Assembly: GCA_038087875.1 (NCBI GenBank)
Contig: CM075988.1
Location: forward strand, 5,270,001 to 5,334,000
Direction: 5' to 3'
Length of the DNA: 64,000 bases
Origin: Malacoraja senta
Taxonomy: Eukaryota
In this document: in pieces, positions 1 through 10,134 of the stretch
How positions within the stretch are numbered: position 1 is the first letter of the stretch
Layout: the number at the start of each line of letters is the position of its first letter
Program-made: the position numbers and the translations under genes
Notes under the pieces: model-generated
The model's input: the letters and a program-made list of their open reading frames with translations, nothing else
Database searches by the model: none
What the model was told of the DNA's origin: nothing

Positions 1-3000
1 CTGAAGATGCTATCGTTACTTGGTTCGAAAACATTGCTGGTTGTTCCCAGGTCATGTAGCCTTTCAGAAGGTGGGCTGACGATGCTGTCGTCCCAAGACA
101 GACCAGTGCTATTTAAATCATACGTTGGCTCAATCTCGCTCTCGTCCCAGGATCTGCTAGGGGTATTCTCATCGTAAGGTTCACTGGTCTCATGCCATTC
201 CCAAATTCTACTGGAAGCGAGCACATCATAAGGTATACTGGAGACGGTCCCTTCATAAAGGGCATTATTGTCGTTGTCGTCCCCAAACTGGCTGGAGGAG
301 TACCCATCGTAATGCATGATGGAGATGCTGTCATCATAAGGTTCATTGGTGTCATGCCACTCCCATTGTCTACTGGAGGCAAATGTGTCATAAGGCACGA
401 TGGAGACAGTTGCATCATAAAACGTGTCGGCTTCACCCCTGTCTGTTGACCTGCTGGCGGAGTACTCATCATAATGTATACTGGAGATGTTCTCATCAGA
501 TGGGCTGCAGATAGGTCCCTCACAATTCTGGCAGGTAGCACTCTCTTCACAAGGACTACTGGCTACGTTCCTTTCATAAAACCTGCCGGTGTCACTCCTA
601 TCAAAGCACCTGCCCGTGACACATCCATCATCGCAGGTTGTGCTACACGCTTTTCTATCACATGTTCTGCAACTGCTATTTATATTGTTGTCATCGTGAT
701 AAAGTCTGGGAGTGTCTGCAGTATCGTATGTTCTTCTGCTCTGTCCTGTATTATACTGTCGGCCACTGAAAAGTGATTCATAAGGTCTGCTGCTAAGTGT
801 TGAATCGTATTGCTGGCTGTTGCGACTTGTTTTATAGATACTGTCTGATTTTGTGTCACAGGTATCATAACACCCATTGCTGACTTCTTTATCATACAGA
901 CTGCTGGTCGGACAAGTGTCGCAAGGTCGGATGCTACATCCTGTACTGCAGCCGTTGCCGGTGACGTTCATGTCGTTGGCTCGGCACGGCAGATCCAAAT
1001 ATTCGGTGCTGTTGCTGGCAAAAGTGTCGTACAACCTGCTGGCTGGTTCCCAGCCACAGGGAGTCGAGTTCGAAGCAGCTTCTGAAAGTCTGCTATCAAA
1101 TCCCACGTCATTCGTGGTAGTATACCCCACGTCGTAGAATGTGTTGCTGAGATCTGTGTCATTGTGATTGTGCGAGTGTCCATTGTCAAAGGACATACAG
1201 CTGAGACCTGTGTCTTGGTGGCCATATGTGTATCCATCATCAAAGGACTTGCTGCTAAGACATGTGTCGTGGTGATTGTGTGACTGTCCATTATCATAGG
1301 ATTTGCTGTTAAGATCTGTATCGTGGCAGCCGTATGTGTATCCGTTATCATAGGATTTGTTGGTAAGACCTGTATCGTGGTAGCCATACGTGTATCCGTT
1401 ATCATAGGATTTGCTGCTAAGATCTGTGTCATGGTGATTGTGTGAGTGTCCATTGTCAAAGGACATACAGCTGAGATCTGTGTCTTGGTGGCCATATGTG
1501 TATTCATCATCAAAGGACTTGCTGCTAAGACATGTGTCATGGTGATTGTGTGACTGTCCGTTGTCATAGGATTTGCTGTTAAGACCTGTATCGTGGTGGC
1601 TGCATGTGTATCCATTATCATAGGATTTGCTGCTAAGACCTGTGTCATGGTGATTGTGTGAGTGTCCATTGTCAAAGGATTTGCAGCTGAGACCAGTGTC
1701 ATGGTGACCATATGTGTGTCCGTTATCGTAAGACTTGTTGCTAAGCCCTGCATCAAAGAATTTGCTGGAAAGTCCTGTGTCGCGGAGATTTGAGATGGGC
1801 GCCATGTCGTGGGACTTGCTGGAGGAAGAAATATCATAGAGTTTTCGGGAAAGACCTGAGTCATAGAGATTGCTGAAAGTTCCTGTATCGGGGGATCCTG
1901 TCTCACGGAATCTGCTGTTGTGCCCAGTGCGATAGAGGTTGCTGAGATGTCCTGTGTCATTGGATCTTCTGGAATGACCTGTATCGTAGAGATTGCTGAG
2001 ACGTCCTGAGTCGAGGGATCTTCTAGAAACGCCCGTGTCATATAGATTGCTGAGATGCCCTGTGTCAATGGATCTGCTGGAAAGATCTGTGTCATAGAGA
2101 TTGCTGAGACATCCTGTCTCAAGGGATCTTCTGGAAAGACCTGTATCGTTGAGATTGCTGAGACGTCCTGTCTCAAGGGATCTTCTGGAAAGATCTGTAT
2201 CTTGGAGATGACTAAGACGCCCTGTGTCGATGGATCTTGTAGAAAGTCCAGTATCATGGAGATTGCTGAGAGCTCCTGTCTCAAGGGATCTTCTGGAAAG
2301 ACCTGTGTCATAGAGATTGCTGAGACGCCCTGTGTCAATGGATCTGCTGGAAAGACCTGTATCATAGAGATTGCTGAGATGACCCGTGTCAATGGATCTG
2401 CTGGAAAGATCTGTGTCAAAGTGATTGCTGAGACATCCTGTCTCAAGGGATCTTCTGGAAAGACCTGTATCTTGGAGATGACTAAGACGCCCTGTGTCGA
2501 TGGATCTTCTAGAAAGCCCAGTATCATGTAGATTGCTGAGTGCTCCTGTCTCAAGAGATCTTCTGGAATGACCTGTGTCGTAAAGATTGCTGAGACGTCC
2601 TGAGTCGAGGGATCTTCTACAAGCGCAGGTGTCATATAGATTGCTGAGGGCTCCCGTGTCAATGGATCTGCTGGAAAGACCTGTATCGTAGAGATTGCTG
2701 AGATGTCCTGTCTCAAGGGATCCTCTGGAAAGACTTGTGTCTTGGAGATGACTAAGACGCCCTGTGTCGATGGATCTTCTAGAAAGACCAGTATCATGTA
2801 GTTTGCTGAGAGCTCCTGTCTCAAGAGATCTTCTGGAATGACCTGTGTCGTAGAGATTGCTGAGACGTCCTGAGTCGAGGGATCTTCTAGAGACGCCGGT
2901 GTCATATAGATTGCTGAGATGCCCTGTGTCAATGGATCTGCTGGAAAGACATGTATCGTTGAGATTGCTGAGACATCCTGTCTCAAGGGATCCTCTGGAA

Positions 3001-5318
3001 AGACTTGTGTCTTGCAGATGGCTAAGACGCCCTGTGTCGATGGATCTAGAAAGCCCAGTATCATGTAGATTGCTGAGTGCTCCTGTCTCAAGAGATCTTC
3101 TGGAATGACCTGTGTCGTAAAGATTGCTGAGACGTCCTGAGTCGAGGGATCTTCTAGAAACGCCGGTGTCATATAGATTGCCGAGATGCCCTGTGTCAAT
3201 GGATCTGCTGGAAAGACATGTATCGTTGAGATCGCTGAGACGTCCTGTCTCAAGGGATCTTCTGGAAAGACTTGTGTCTTGCAGATGGCTAAGACGCCCT
3301 GTGTCGATGGATCTAGAAAGCCCAGTATCATGGAGATTGCTGAGAGCTCCTGTCTCAATGGATCTTCTGGAAAGATCTGTGTCGTAGAGATTGCTGAGAT
3401 GCCCTGTGTCAATGGATCTGCTGGAAAGACATGTATCGTTGAGATCGCTGAGACGTCCTGTCTCAAGGGATCTTCTGGAAAGACTTGTGTCTTGCAGATG
3501 GCTAAGACGCCCTGTGTCGATGGATCTAGAAAGCCCAGTATCATGGAGATTGCTGAGAGCTCCTGTCTCAATGGATCTTCTGGAAAGACCTGTGTCGTAG
3601 AGATTGCTGAGATGCCCTGTGTCAATGGATCTGCTGGAAAGACATGTATCGTTGAGATCGCTGAGACGTCCTGTCTCAAGGGATCTTCTGGAAAGACTTG
3701 TGTCTTGCAGATGGCTAAGACGCCCTGTGTCGATGGATCTAGAAAGCCCAGTATCATGGAGATTGCTGAGAGCTCCTGTCTCAATGGATCTTCTGGAAAG
3801 GCCTGTGTCGTAGAGATTGCTGAGATGCCCTGTGTCAATGGATCTGCTGGAAAGACATGTATCGTTGAGATCGCTGAGACGTCCTGTCTCAAGGGATCTT
3901 CTGGAAAGACTTGTGTCTTGCAGATGGCTAAGACGCCCTGTGTCGATGGATCTAGAAAGCCCAGTATCATGGAGATTGCTGAGAGCTCCTGTCTCAATGG
4001 ATCTTCTGGAAAGACCTGTGTCGTAGAGATTGCTGAGACGCCCTGTCTCAAGGGATCTTCTGGAAAGACCTGTGTCATAGAGATTGCTGAGACGCCCTGT
4101 GTCAATGGATCTGCTGCAAAGATCTGTGTCAAATTGATTGCTGAGAGGTCCTACCTCAAGGGATCTTCTGGAAAGGCCCGAGTCATGGAGATTACTGAGT
4201 CGCCCTGTGTCAGTGGATCTTCTGCAAGTCTCCGTGTGGTAGAGATTGCTGAGAGGTCCTGCCTCGAGGGATCTGCCCGACTCATTGAATCTGCTGATGT
4301 GACCATTTTCGAGGGATTTGCTGCTACGCTCCGAGTCGTAGAGTTTTCTAGGATGTCCCGTGTCACGGAAATCAATAAGATCTGAGCCAAAGGATTTGCT
4401 GGTGAATCCTGTGCTGTAGTCTTTGTCAGAAATTCCTCTGCTGTAGAACTTACTGCTCTGTCCCGAGTAGTCAGGACTGTGGATCGATCCCATGGCGTAG
4501 GACTTGCTAGTAAGTCCTGTTCCATAAAGCTTGCTGTAAGGTCTGTCCTCAGTAGATCTGCTAGTGTCTCCGGTGTAACTGGTAAACCTAGTGTCAGCGG
4601 GCTTGGTGTAAAATCCTGCATTGTAGGCCCTTCCGTCATATCCTGTGTCAAAGAGCTTGCTGTTAAACCCCAGGCCATTGGATTTACTGGTGGAATCTGG
4701 GCTGTAGCTTTTGCTGTGAAGTCCTGTTCCATAAAACCTGTTACTTCCCGCTGTGTCACTGGCTCTGTCGGCACTTCCCGTGGGGTGGTGCCTGCTGGTC
4801 AGATGCGTGTCATAGAGCTTACTGTCACAACTCGTGTCATAATGCTTGAAAGAGCATCCGGCATCAGAGAGCTTGCTGGGGTGTGCAGTGTCATAGCTCC
4901 TGGAGGTCAGGTGTGTGGCGTAAGCACTACCGATGCCTTCCGCAGCAGACAAGTTCCCGGCGTGATGATGCCCCCTGGTGCGTGTGGTATTGCTCGGCCT
5001 GCACTTGGACTCTGCGCTCTGCATCCTGCGAGTGACATCGCGGGCGCACCTGCTGCAGAGAGCCCCAGTGCCGTTGGTGCTCAAGCTGATGGTGTGCCCA
5101 CAGAAGCAGCAGGAAATGGGGGCGCCGCACAGCACACAGTTGATGTTGGCCTCATCCAGGCTGAAGGACAAGTCGACCCCGCAGTGCCAGCAGTTGATCT
5201 GTGTGCCGCACCGCATGCAGGCATCGTGCTCCTCGCTGCCAGCGGGCTGCAACTCGTCCTCGTCGCAGCAACAGTCCGCGGCGGGACACATTCGGCACTC
5301 CGCACGGCGAGAGCACAT
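1..5318 (-). CDS. Uncharacterised giant repeat protein (>=1772 aa, 3' end outside window): N-terminal CxxC cluster followed by S/T/D/Y/H-rich 9/18-aa repeats
   Basis: Manual translation of the minus frame starting at ATG 5318-5316 (context GACAGAATG, A at -3, in-frame TGA just upstream) gives MCSRRAECRMCPAADCCCDEDELQPAGSEEHDACMRCGTQINCWHCGVDLSFSLDEANINCVLCGAPISCCFCGHTISLSTNGTGALCSRC... and ends ...SWDDSIVSPPSERLHDLGTTSNVFEPSNDSIF at the window edge. No stop was found in the blocks translated by hand (most of 1-1020, 1561-1680, 4081-5318). The ORF track lists nothing in this frame, consistent with no stop before position 1. No TE insertions were recognised in these 5.3 kb. Confidence 0.88.
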   Translation of the reverse strand, partial: MCSRRAECRMCPAADCCCDEDELQPAGSEEHDACMRCGTQINCWHCGVDLSFSLDEANINCVLCGAPISCCFCGHTISLSTNGTGALCSRCARDVTRRMQSAESKCRPSNTTRTRGHHHAGNLSAAEGIGSAYATHLTSRSYDTAHPSKLSDAGCSFKHYDTSCDSKLYDTHLTSRHHPTGSADRASDTAGSNRFYGTGLHSKSYSPDSTSKSNGLGFNSKLFDTGYDGRAYNAGFYTKPADTRFTSYTGDTSRSTEDRPYSKLYGTGLTSKSYAMGSIHSPDYSGQSSKFYSRGISDKDYSTGFTSKSFGSDLIDFRDTGHPRKLYDSERSSKSLENGHISRFNESGRSLEAGPLSNLYHTETCRRSTDTGRLSNLHDSGLSRRSLEVGPLSNQFDTDLCSRSIDTGRLSNLYDTGLSRRSLETGRLSNLYDTGLSRRSIETGALSNLHDTGLSRSIDTGRLSHLQDTSLSRRSLETGRLSDLNDTCLSSRSIDTGHLSNLYDTGLSRRSIETGALSNLHDTGLSRSIDTGRLSHLQDTSLSRRSLETGRLSDLNDTCLSSRSIDTGHLSNLYDTGLSRRSIETGALSNLHDTGLSRSIDTGRLSHLQDTSLSRRSLETGRLSDLNDTCLSSRSIDTGHLSNLYDTDLSRRSIETGALSNLHDTGLSRSIDTGRLSHLQDTSLSRRSLETGRLSDLNDTCLSSRSIDTGHLGNLYDTGVSRRSLDSGRLSNLYDTGHSRRSLETGALSNLHDTGLSRSIDTGRLSHLQDTSLSRGSLETGCLSNLNDTCLSSRSIDTGHLSNLYDTGVSRRSLDSGRLSNLYDTGHSRRSLETGALSKLHDTGLSRRSIDTGRLSHLQDTSLSRGSLETGHLSNLYDTGLSSRSIDTGALSNLYDTCACRRSLDSGRLSNLYDTGHSRRSLETGALSNLHDTGLSRRSIDTGRLSHLQDTGLSRRSLETGCLSNHFDTDLSSRSIDTGHLSNLYDTGLSSRSIDTGRLSNLYDTGLSRRSLETGALSNLHDTGLSTRSIDTGRLSHLQDTDLSRRSLETGRLSNLNDTGLSRRSLETGCLSNLYDTDLSSRSIDTGHLSNLYDTGVSRRSLDSGRLSNLYDTGHSRRSNDTGHLSNLYRTGHNSRFRETGSPDTGTFSNLYDSGLSRKLYDISSSSKSHDMAPISNLRDTGLSSKFFDAGLSNKSYDNGHTYGHHDTGLSCKSFDNGHSHNHHDTGLSSKSYDNGYTCSHHDTGLNSKSYDNGQSHNHHDTCLSSKSFDDEYTYGHQDTDLSCMSFDNGHSHNHHDTDLSSKSYDNGYTYGYHDTGLTNKSYDNGYTYGCHDTDLNSKSYDNGQSHNHHDTCLSSKSFDDGYTYGHQDTGLSCMSFDNGHSHNHNDTDLSNTFYDVGYTTTNDVGFDSRLSEAASNSTPCGWEPASRLYDTFASNSTEYLDLPCRANDMNVTGNGCSTGCSIRPCDTCPTSSLYDKEVSNGCYDTCDTKSDSIYKTSRNSQQYDSTLSSRPYESLFSGRQYNTGQSRRTYDTADTPRLYHDDNNINSSCRTCDRKACSTTCDDGCVTGRCFDRSDTGRFYERNVASSPCEESATCQNCEGPICSPSDENISSIHYDEYSASRSTDRGEADTFYDATVSIVPYDTFASSRQWEWHDTNEPYDDSISIMHYDGYSSSQFGDDNDNNALYEGTVSSIPYDVLASSRIWEWHETSEPYDENTPSRSWDESEIEPTYDLNSTGLSWDDSIVSPPSERLHDLGTTSNVFEPSNDSIF
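1140..1750 (-). repeat. Coding His-rich 54-bp (18-aa) tandem array
   Basis: Translates as variants of HHDTGLSSKSYDNGHSHN / HHDTGLNSKSYDNGYTCS, e.g. 1561-1680. Confidence 0.9.
1930..4270 (-). repeat. Coding 54-bp (18-aa) tandem array with 213-bp and 267-bp higher-order units
   Basis: Unit GAGATTGCTGAGACGTCCTGTCTCAAGGGATCTTCTGGAAAGACCTGTATCGTT encodes (Y/H/N/Q)DTGLSRRS(L/I)(E/D)TGRLSNL on the minus strand. Near-identical blocks recur at 3391/3604/3817 (213 = 4x54-3) and 2857/3124/3391 (267 = 5x54-3). Confidence 0.95.
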
Positions 5319-6264
5319 TCTGTCCAGGCCACAGAATGCGCTCGCAAATCTTCCCCCTCACCCCAACAGGGGAAGCCTATCGCGAGAGTTTGGCTCCTAG
5401 GTCAGAAAGTCTACTGGCCAAGGCTTGCGTCACATAGTCTTGCCCTGCTGGGTCAGCAGACCTGCTGGTTGGTGACTCCTACTGTAACGCTCGCTTCTCA
5501 CTCCTGATCGAAAGCCCGCAGGGAACTGCGCCGCCACATTGCGTGTTCACAAGTCCCCTGTCGCAGCCCACTGACGTGTCATGCCACAGAGCCCACTGCT
5601 ATGTTCAGGTGACGCTCTGCTGGTAGTTCTCCATGCCATAACCTCCGGGATCTTCAAGACTCCCCCGGCAGTCCCATATCACAGTTCGCTGGGACCTCCC
5701 CTGCCTTCGGGAGCTGCTGCTGACTCAAGGTTAAGGTCAGCGGCATATGCCCTGTGTCATACTGCCTGCTTGTGACTCCGACATCACAAACACGTTTGGG
5801 CAAAGTTCCTGTACATTTTCGCCAACAATTAAGCATATTTATATGGTTTTATTTATATTGCTTCATTGCAACTTTCCAAATCCCCCTCAAAGACCTGCCC
5901 CCTGGTGTCGCTGATTTGTTCGAATTAGGTCTACAATGATAAAGGCCCCATTGTGTTAGACCTCCTCTCCCCATCGTGCTGGCCAGATGCTGTGCAGGCA
6001 AAATAATACAGGTGGCCTTGGCAGGACAGGAGGTAAAACCAGCCCTGAGATCACACACATGCCCATTGAAGGAACATGAACAGAAGTACCTTTTGCTCAT
6101 AAACATGATGGAACTGGAGTGCAACTCCCTAATAACAAAGAACTGCAGATGCTGATTTACTCCAAAGACAGACACAAAGTGCTGGAGTAACTCAGAAGGT
6201 CAGGCAGCATCTCTGGGGGAAATGGATAGGTGCCCTTTTGGCTCAGAACTCTTCTTCACGTGGG

Positions 6265-6390
6265 TTCTTCTTCTCCTTCTCCTTCTTCTCTTTCTCCTTC
6301 TCCTTCTCATTCTCCTTCTTCTTTTCCTTCTCCCTTCTTCTTCCCCCTTCTTCCCCCTTATTCCCCCTTGTTCGCCCTTATTCTTCTTCT
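6265..6390. repeat. (TTC/CTT)n-like pyrimidine-rich low-complexity tract
   Basis: Direct reading. Confidence 0.85.
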
Positions 6391-6537
6391 AAAACACCTC
6401 AAGAAAGGCAACCAGCATCATTAAAGACCTACACCACCATGCTCTCATTTCAAGCTACGGGGAAGCAGGAATGAGCCTTCACAGCCTTAATATATTCAAA
6501 CTATTTTACAGCCAACAAAGTATTTTTCAGTGGTCCC

Positions 6538-7180
6538 TTTTAGTTTAGCTTAGTTTAGTTCAGTTTAGTTTAGTTTAGAGACGGGCGGAACAGTAGTGCA
6601 GCGGTAGAGTTGCTGCCTTACAGCGCTTACAGCGCCAGAGACCCAGATTCGATCCCAACTACGGGTACTTGTCTGTACGGAGTTTTACGTCCTCCCCATG
6701 ACTGCGTGGGTTTTCTCTGAGATCTTCGGTTTCCTTCCACATTCCAAAGTCGTACAGGTTTGTAGGTTAATTGGCTAGGTATAATTGTAAATTGTCCCTA
6801 GTGTGTGTAGGATAGTGTTAATGTGCGGGGATCGCTGGTTAGTGCGGACTCGGGGCCTGTTTCCTTGCTGTATCTCTAAACTAAACTAAACTAAGATACA
6901 GCACAGAAACAGGCTCTTCGGCCCACCGACTTCTTGCCGGCCACTAATCACCCATACATTAGGTCTATCCTACACATTAGGGACAATTTTTACCAAAACC
7001 AATTAACCGACAAACCTGGATGTTTTTGGAATATGGGAGGAAACTGGAGCACCCAGAAAAAAACATGTGGTTACAGGGAGAATGTACAAACTCCATACAG
7101 ATAGAATACGTAGTTAGAATTGAACACAGGTCTCTGGCGCTGTAAGGCAGCAACTCTACCGATGCGCCACCGTGCCGCCC
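6538..7180 (-). mobile_element. tRNA-derived V-SINE (HE1-like), interrupted in its tail by a second SINE
   Basis: (TTTAG)n tail at 6538-6580, body resumes at ~6895 (GATACAGCACAGAAACAGG), tRNA-like head ends at 7180. Confidence 0.85.
6583..6894 (+). mobile_element. tRNA-derived V-SINE (HE1-like)
   Basis: Head with A/B-box-like GCAGCGGTAGAG...GATTCGATCC, central GTGGGTTTTCTC...GGTTTCCTTCCACA, (CTAAA)n tail. Confidence 0.9.
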
Positions 7181-7690
7181 ACGCAGGGCAGAGACGCCAG
7201 ACTCGGCACAGACAAATATGTGACAATCACCAAATATTTTTGATAGATAAATGTCGGTCAGGACACTATGCGGAACAAACTGCTCGACTTGAAAATATTA
7301 CCATCCATTAAAATGCATCCTGCTTGATTTACTGGACACAAATCACCACCCAGCCTTCCTACACTCACCAGCTCTGGATGCAGCGGGCTGAGGACATTGA
7401 CCTTCTCCAACCTTGAAGTGGGTGTTAAGGTCTATATGGTGGCAGGGCTTCATGGAACACAGCATAGAGACACCGCTCCAGGGAACCTGTGCAGGCACTG
7501 ACAGAAGACAAAGCTAATGGGAGCACTTGATTTACAGTAGTAAATTCAACAAATTTTAAATGTCACTAAAATGAAACGGACAAAGTGAGAGAGAGAATCC
7601 CTCTCACTCTTCACTGAGAGAGACTCTCTCTCACTAAAATGGGAGAGACTCATAGAGTTATAGAAACAGTGTACAGTTAGTTTAGTTTAG

Positions 7691-7990
7691 GGCAGCACAG
7701 TGGCGCAGCGGTAGGGTTGCTGCCTTACATTCTCAGAGACACGGATTTCAATCCTGACTATGGGTGCTGTCTATATGGAGTTTGTACTTTCTCCCTGTGA
7801 CCGTGTGGGTTTTCTCCGGGTGCCCCGGTTTCCTCCCACTTTCCAAAGACGTGCCATTTTCTAGATTTATTGGCTTCTGTAAATTGTCCCTAGTATGTAG
7901 GATAGAATTTGTGCACAGTTGATCACTGGTCGGTGCGGACTCAGTGGGTCGAAGTGCCTGTTTCCACACTGTATCTCTAAACTAAACTAA
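7691..7990 (+). mobile_element. V-SINE (HE1-like)
   Basis: Same head, core and (CTAAA)n tail as 6583-6894. Confidence 0.88.
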
Positions 7991-8418
7991 AGAAATAGGC
8001 TCTTCAGCCCAACTTGTCCATGCAGACCCAAGATGCCCATCTGGTCCAGTTTGCCTTGTATTCGACCTATACCCCTCTAATCTTTTCCTCTCCATGTCCC
8101 TGTTCAAATGTCCCTTAAATGTTGTTATTGCAGCTGCAGAGAATTGGAAATTTGAAAATATCTAAACACATTCAACTCAGATAGAAAAATACCTTCTTTG
8201 TGTCTAATCCCAAGCCTATGCTTCCCATTGAAATCATCACAACTCTGAAGATTGCAGCAAAGTCTGACCATACTACAGGCGATGGTGCGGGAGTGTTGTG
8301 GAGCAGAGGGATCTAGGAGCGCTGGTGCATAGTTCCTGGAAAGTGGTGTCACAGGTGGATAGGTTGGTCAGGACGGATTTCGACACATTGGCCTTTATCA
8401 GAGTATTGAGTATAGATG

Positions 8419-10134
8419 GTACACAAAAATGCTGGAGAAACTCAGCGGGTGCAGCAGCATCTATGGAGCGAAGGAAATAGGTAACGTTTCGGGCCGAAAC
8501 CCTTCTTCAGACTGATAGGGGGTTGGGAGAAGAAAGGAAAAAAGGAAAAGGCGGAGGAGGAGCCCGAGGGCTGGGGGAGGGGAGGAGACAACCAGATGGC
8601 TGAAGAAGGGGAGGGGACAGCCAGGGCTAGCAGAATTGGGAGAATTCAATGTTCAGGCCACCAGGATGTAGACTGCCCAAGCGGAATATGAGGTGCATTT
8701 CCTCCAATTTACGGTGTTGCTCGCTGTGGCCATGGAGGAGACCCAGGACAGAGAGGTCAGATACGGAATGGGAGGGGGAGTTGAAGTGCTGAGCCACCGG
8801 GAGTTCAGGTTGGTTATTGCGGACCGACCGGAGGTGTTCGGCGAAACGATCGCCAAGCCGATCTCACCGATGTAGATCAGCTGGCATCTAGAGCAGCGAA
8901 TGCAATAGATGAGGTTGGAGGAGATGCAGGTGAACCTCTGTCGCACCTGGAACGACTGCTTGGGTCCTTGAATGGAGTGGAGGGGGGAGGTGAAGGGACA
9001 AGTGTTGCATCTCTTGCGGTTGCAAGGGAAAGTACCAGTGGAGGGGGTGGTATGGGAGGGAAGGGAAGAATTGACAAGGGAGTTATGGAGGGAGCGGTCT
9101 TTGCGGAAGGCAGACATGGGGGGAGATGGGAAGATGTGGCGAGTGGTGGGGTCACGTTGGAGGTGGCGAAGCTGACGGAGGATCACTTGTTGTATGTGAC
9201 GGCTGGTGGGGTGAAAGGTGAGGACTAGGGGGACTCTGCCTTTGTTGTGAGTGGGGGGATGGGGAGAGAGAGCAGTGTTGCGGGGTATGGCAGAGACCCT
9301 GGTGCGAGCCTCATCTATGGTGGAGGAGGGGAACCCCCGTTCCCTGAAGAATGATGGTGGAGGAGGGGAACCCCCGTTCCCATCTCCCCCCATGTCTGCC
9401 TTCCGCAAAGACCGCTCCCTCCGTAACTCCCTTGTCAATTCTTCCCTTCCCTCCCATACCACCCCCTCCCCTGGTACTTTCCCTTGCAACCGCAAGAGAT
9501 GCAACACTTGTCCCTTCACCTCCCCCCTCCACTCCATTCAAGGACCCAAGCAGTCGTTCCAGGTGCGACAGAGGTTCACCTGCATCTCCTCCAACCTCAT
9601 CTATTGCATTCGCTGTTCTAGATGCCAGCTGATCTACATCGGTGAGACCAAGCGGAGGCTTGGCGATCGTTTCGCCGAACACCTCCGGTCGGTCCGCAAT
9701 AAACAACCTGAACTCCCGGTGGCTCAGCACTTCAACTCCCCCTCCCATTCCGTATCTGACCTCTCTGTCCTGGGTCTCCTCCATGGCCACAGCGAGCAAC
9801 ACCGTAAATTGGAGGAAATGCACCTCATATTCCACTTGGGCAGTCTACATCCTGGTGGCCTGAACATTGAATTCTCCCAATTCTGCTAGCCCTGGCTGTC
9901 CCCTCCCCTTCATCAGTCATCTGGTTGTCTCCTCCCCTCCCCCAGCCCTCGGGCTCCTCCTCCGCCTTTTCCTTTTTTCCTTTCTTCTCCCCACCCCCTA
10001 TCAGTCTGAAGAAGGGTTTCGGCCCGAAACGTTACCTATTTCCTTCGCTCCATAGATGCTGCTGCACCCGCTGAGTTTCTCCAGCATTTTTGTGTACCTT
10101 CGATTTTCCAGCATCTGCAGTTCCTTCTTTAACA
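8419..10134. mobile_element. Penelope-like element: two GIY-YIG endonuclease-encoding 3' segments in inverted orientation, 15-bp TSD
   Basis: Plus arm ORF 9251-9889 contains FPCNRKRCNTC...NLIYCIRCSRCQLIYIGETKRRLGDRFAEH...VAQHFN...PGGLNIEF (PLE GIY-YIG). Arms 8419-9132 and 9377-10098 are reverse complements. TATTGAGTATAGATG occurs at 8404-8418 and 10135-10149. Confidence 0.93.
10006..10033 (+). ncRNA. Minimal hammerhead-ribozyme-like core in the Penelope 3' region
   Basis: CTGAAGA-A-GGGT(TTCG)GCCC-GAAA-CGTT: conserved core, 4-bp stem II, palindromic ACGT in place of stem III. Mirror copy at 8483-8510 (-). Stem I is weak (2 bp). Confidence 0.65.

Noticed and set aside
968..4132. 1054-aa minus ORF (MTQIFAADPLTQ...) as the gene product or a dual-coding frame
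   Set aside because: Shifted shadow of the longer ORF. It is open only where the repeat unit lacks stops and closes in flanking unique sequence (stops at 4151, 968, 680, 113).
2055..5507. Plus-strand ORFs 2055-2531, 3186-4385, 4479-5507 and others
   Set aside because: Antisense shadows of the repetitive minus-strand CDS, broken by stops between units.
6583..6660. tRNA genes (here and at other SINE heads)
   Set aside because: A/B-box-like heads continue into SINE core and LINE-type tail; no complete cloverleaf.
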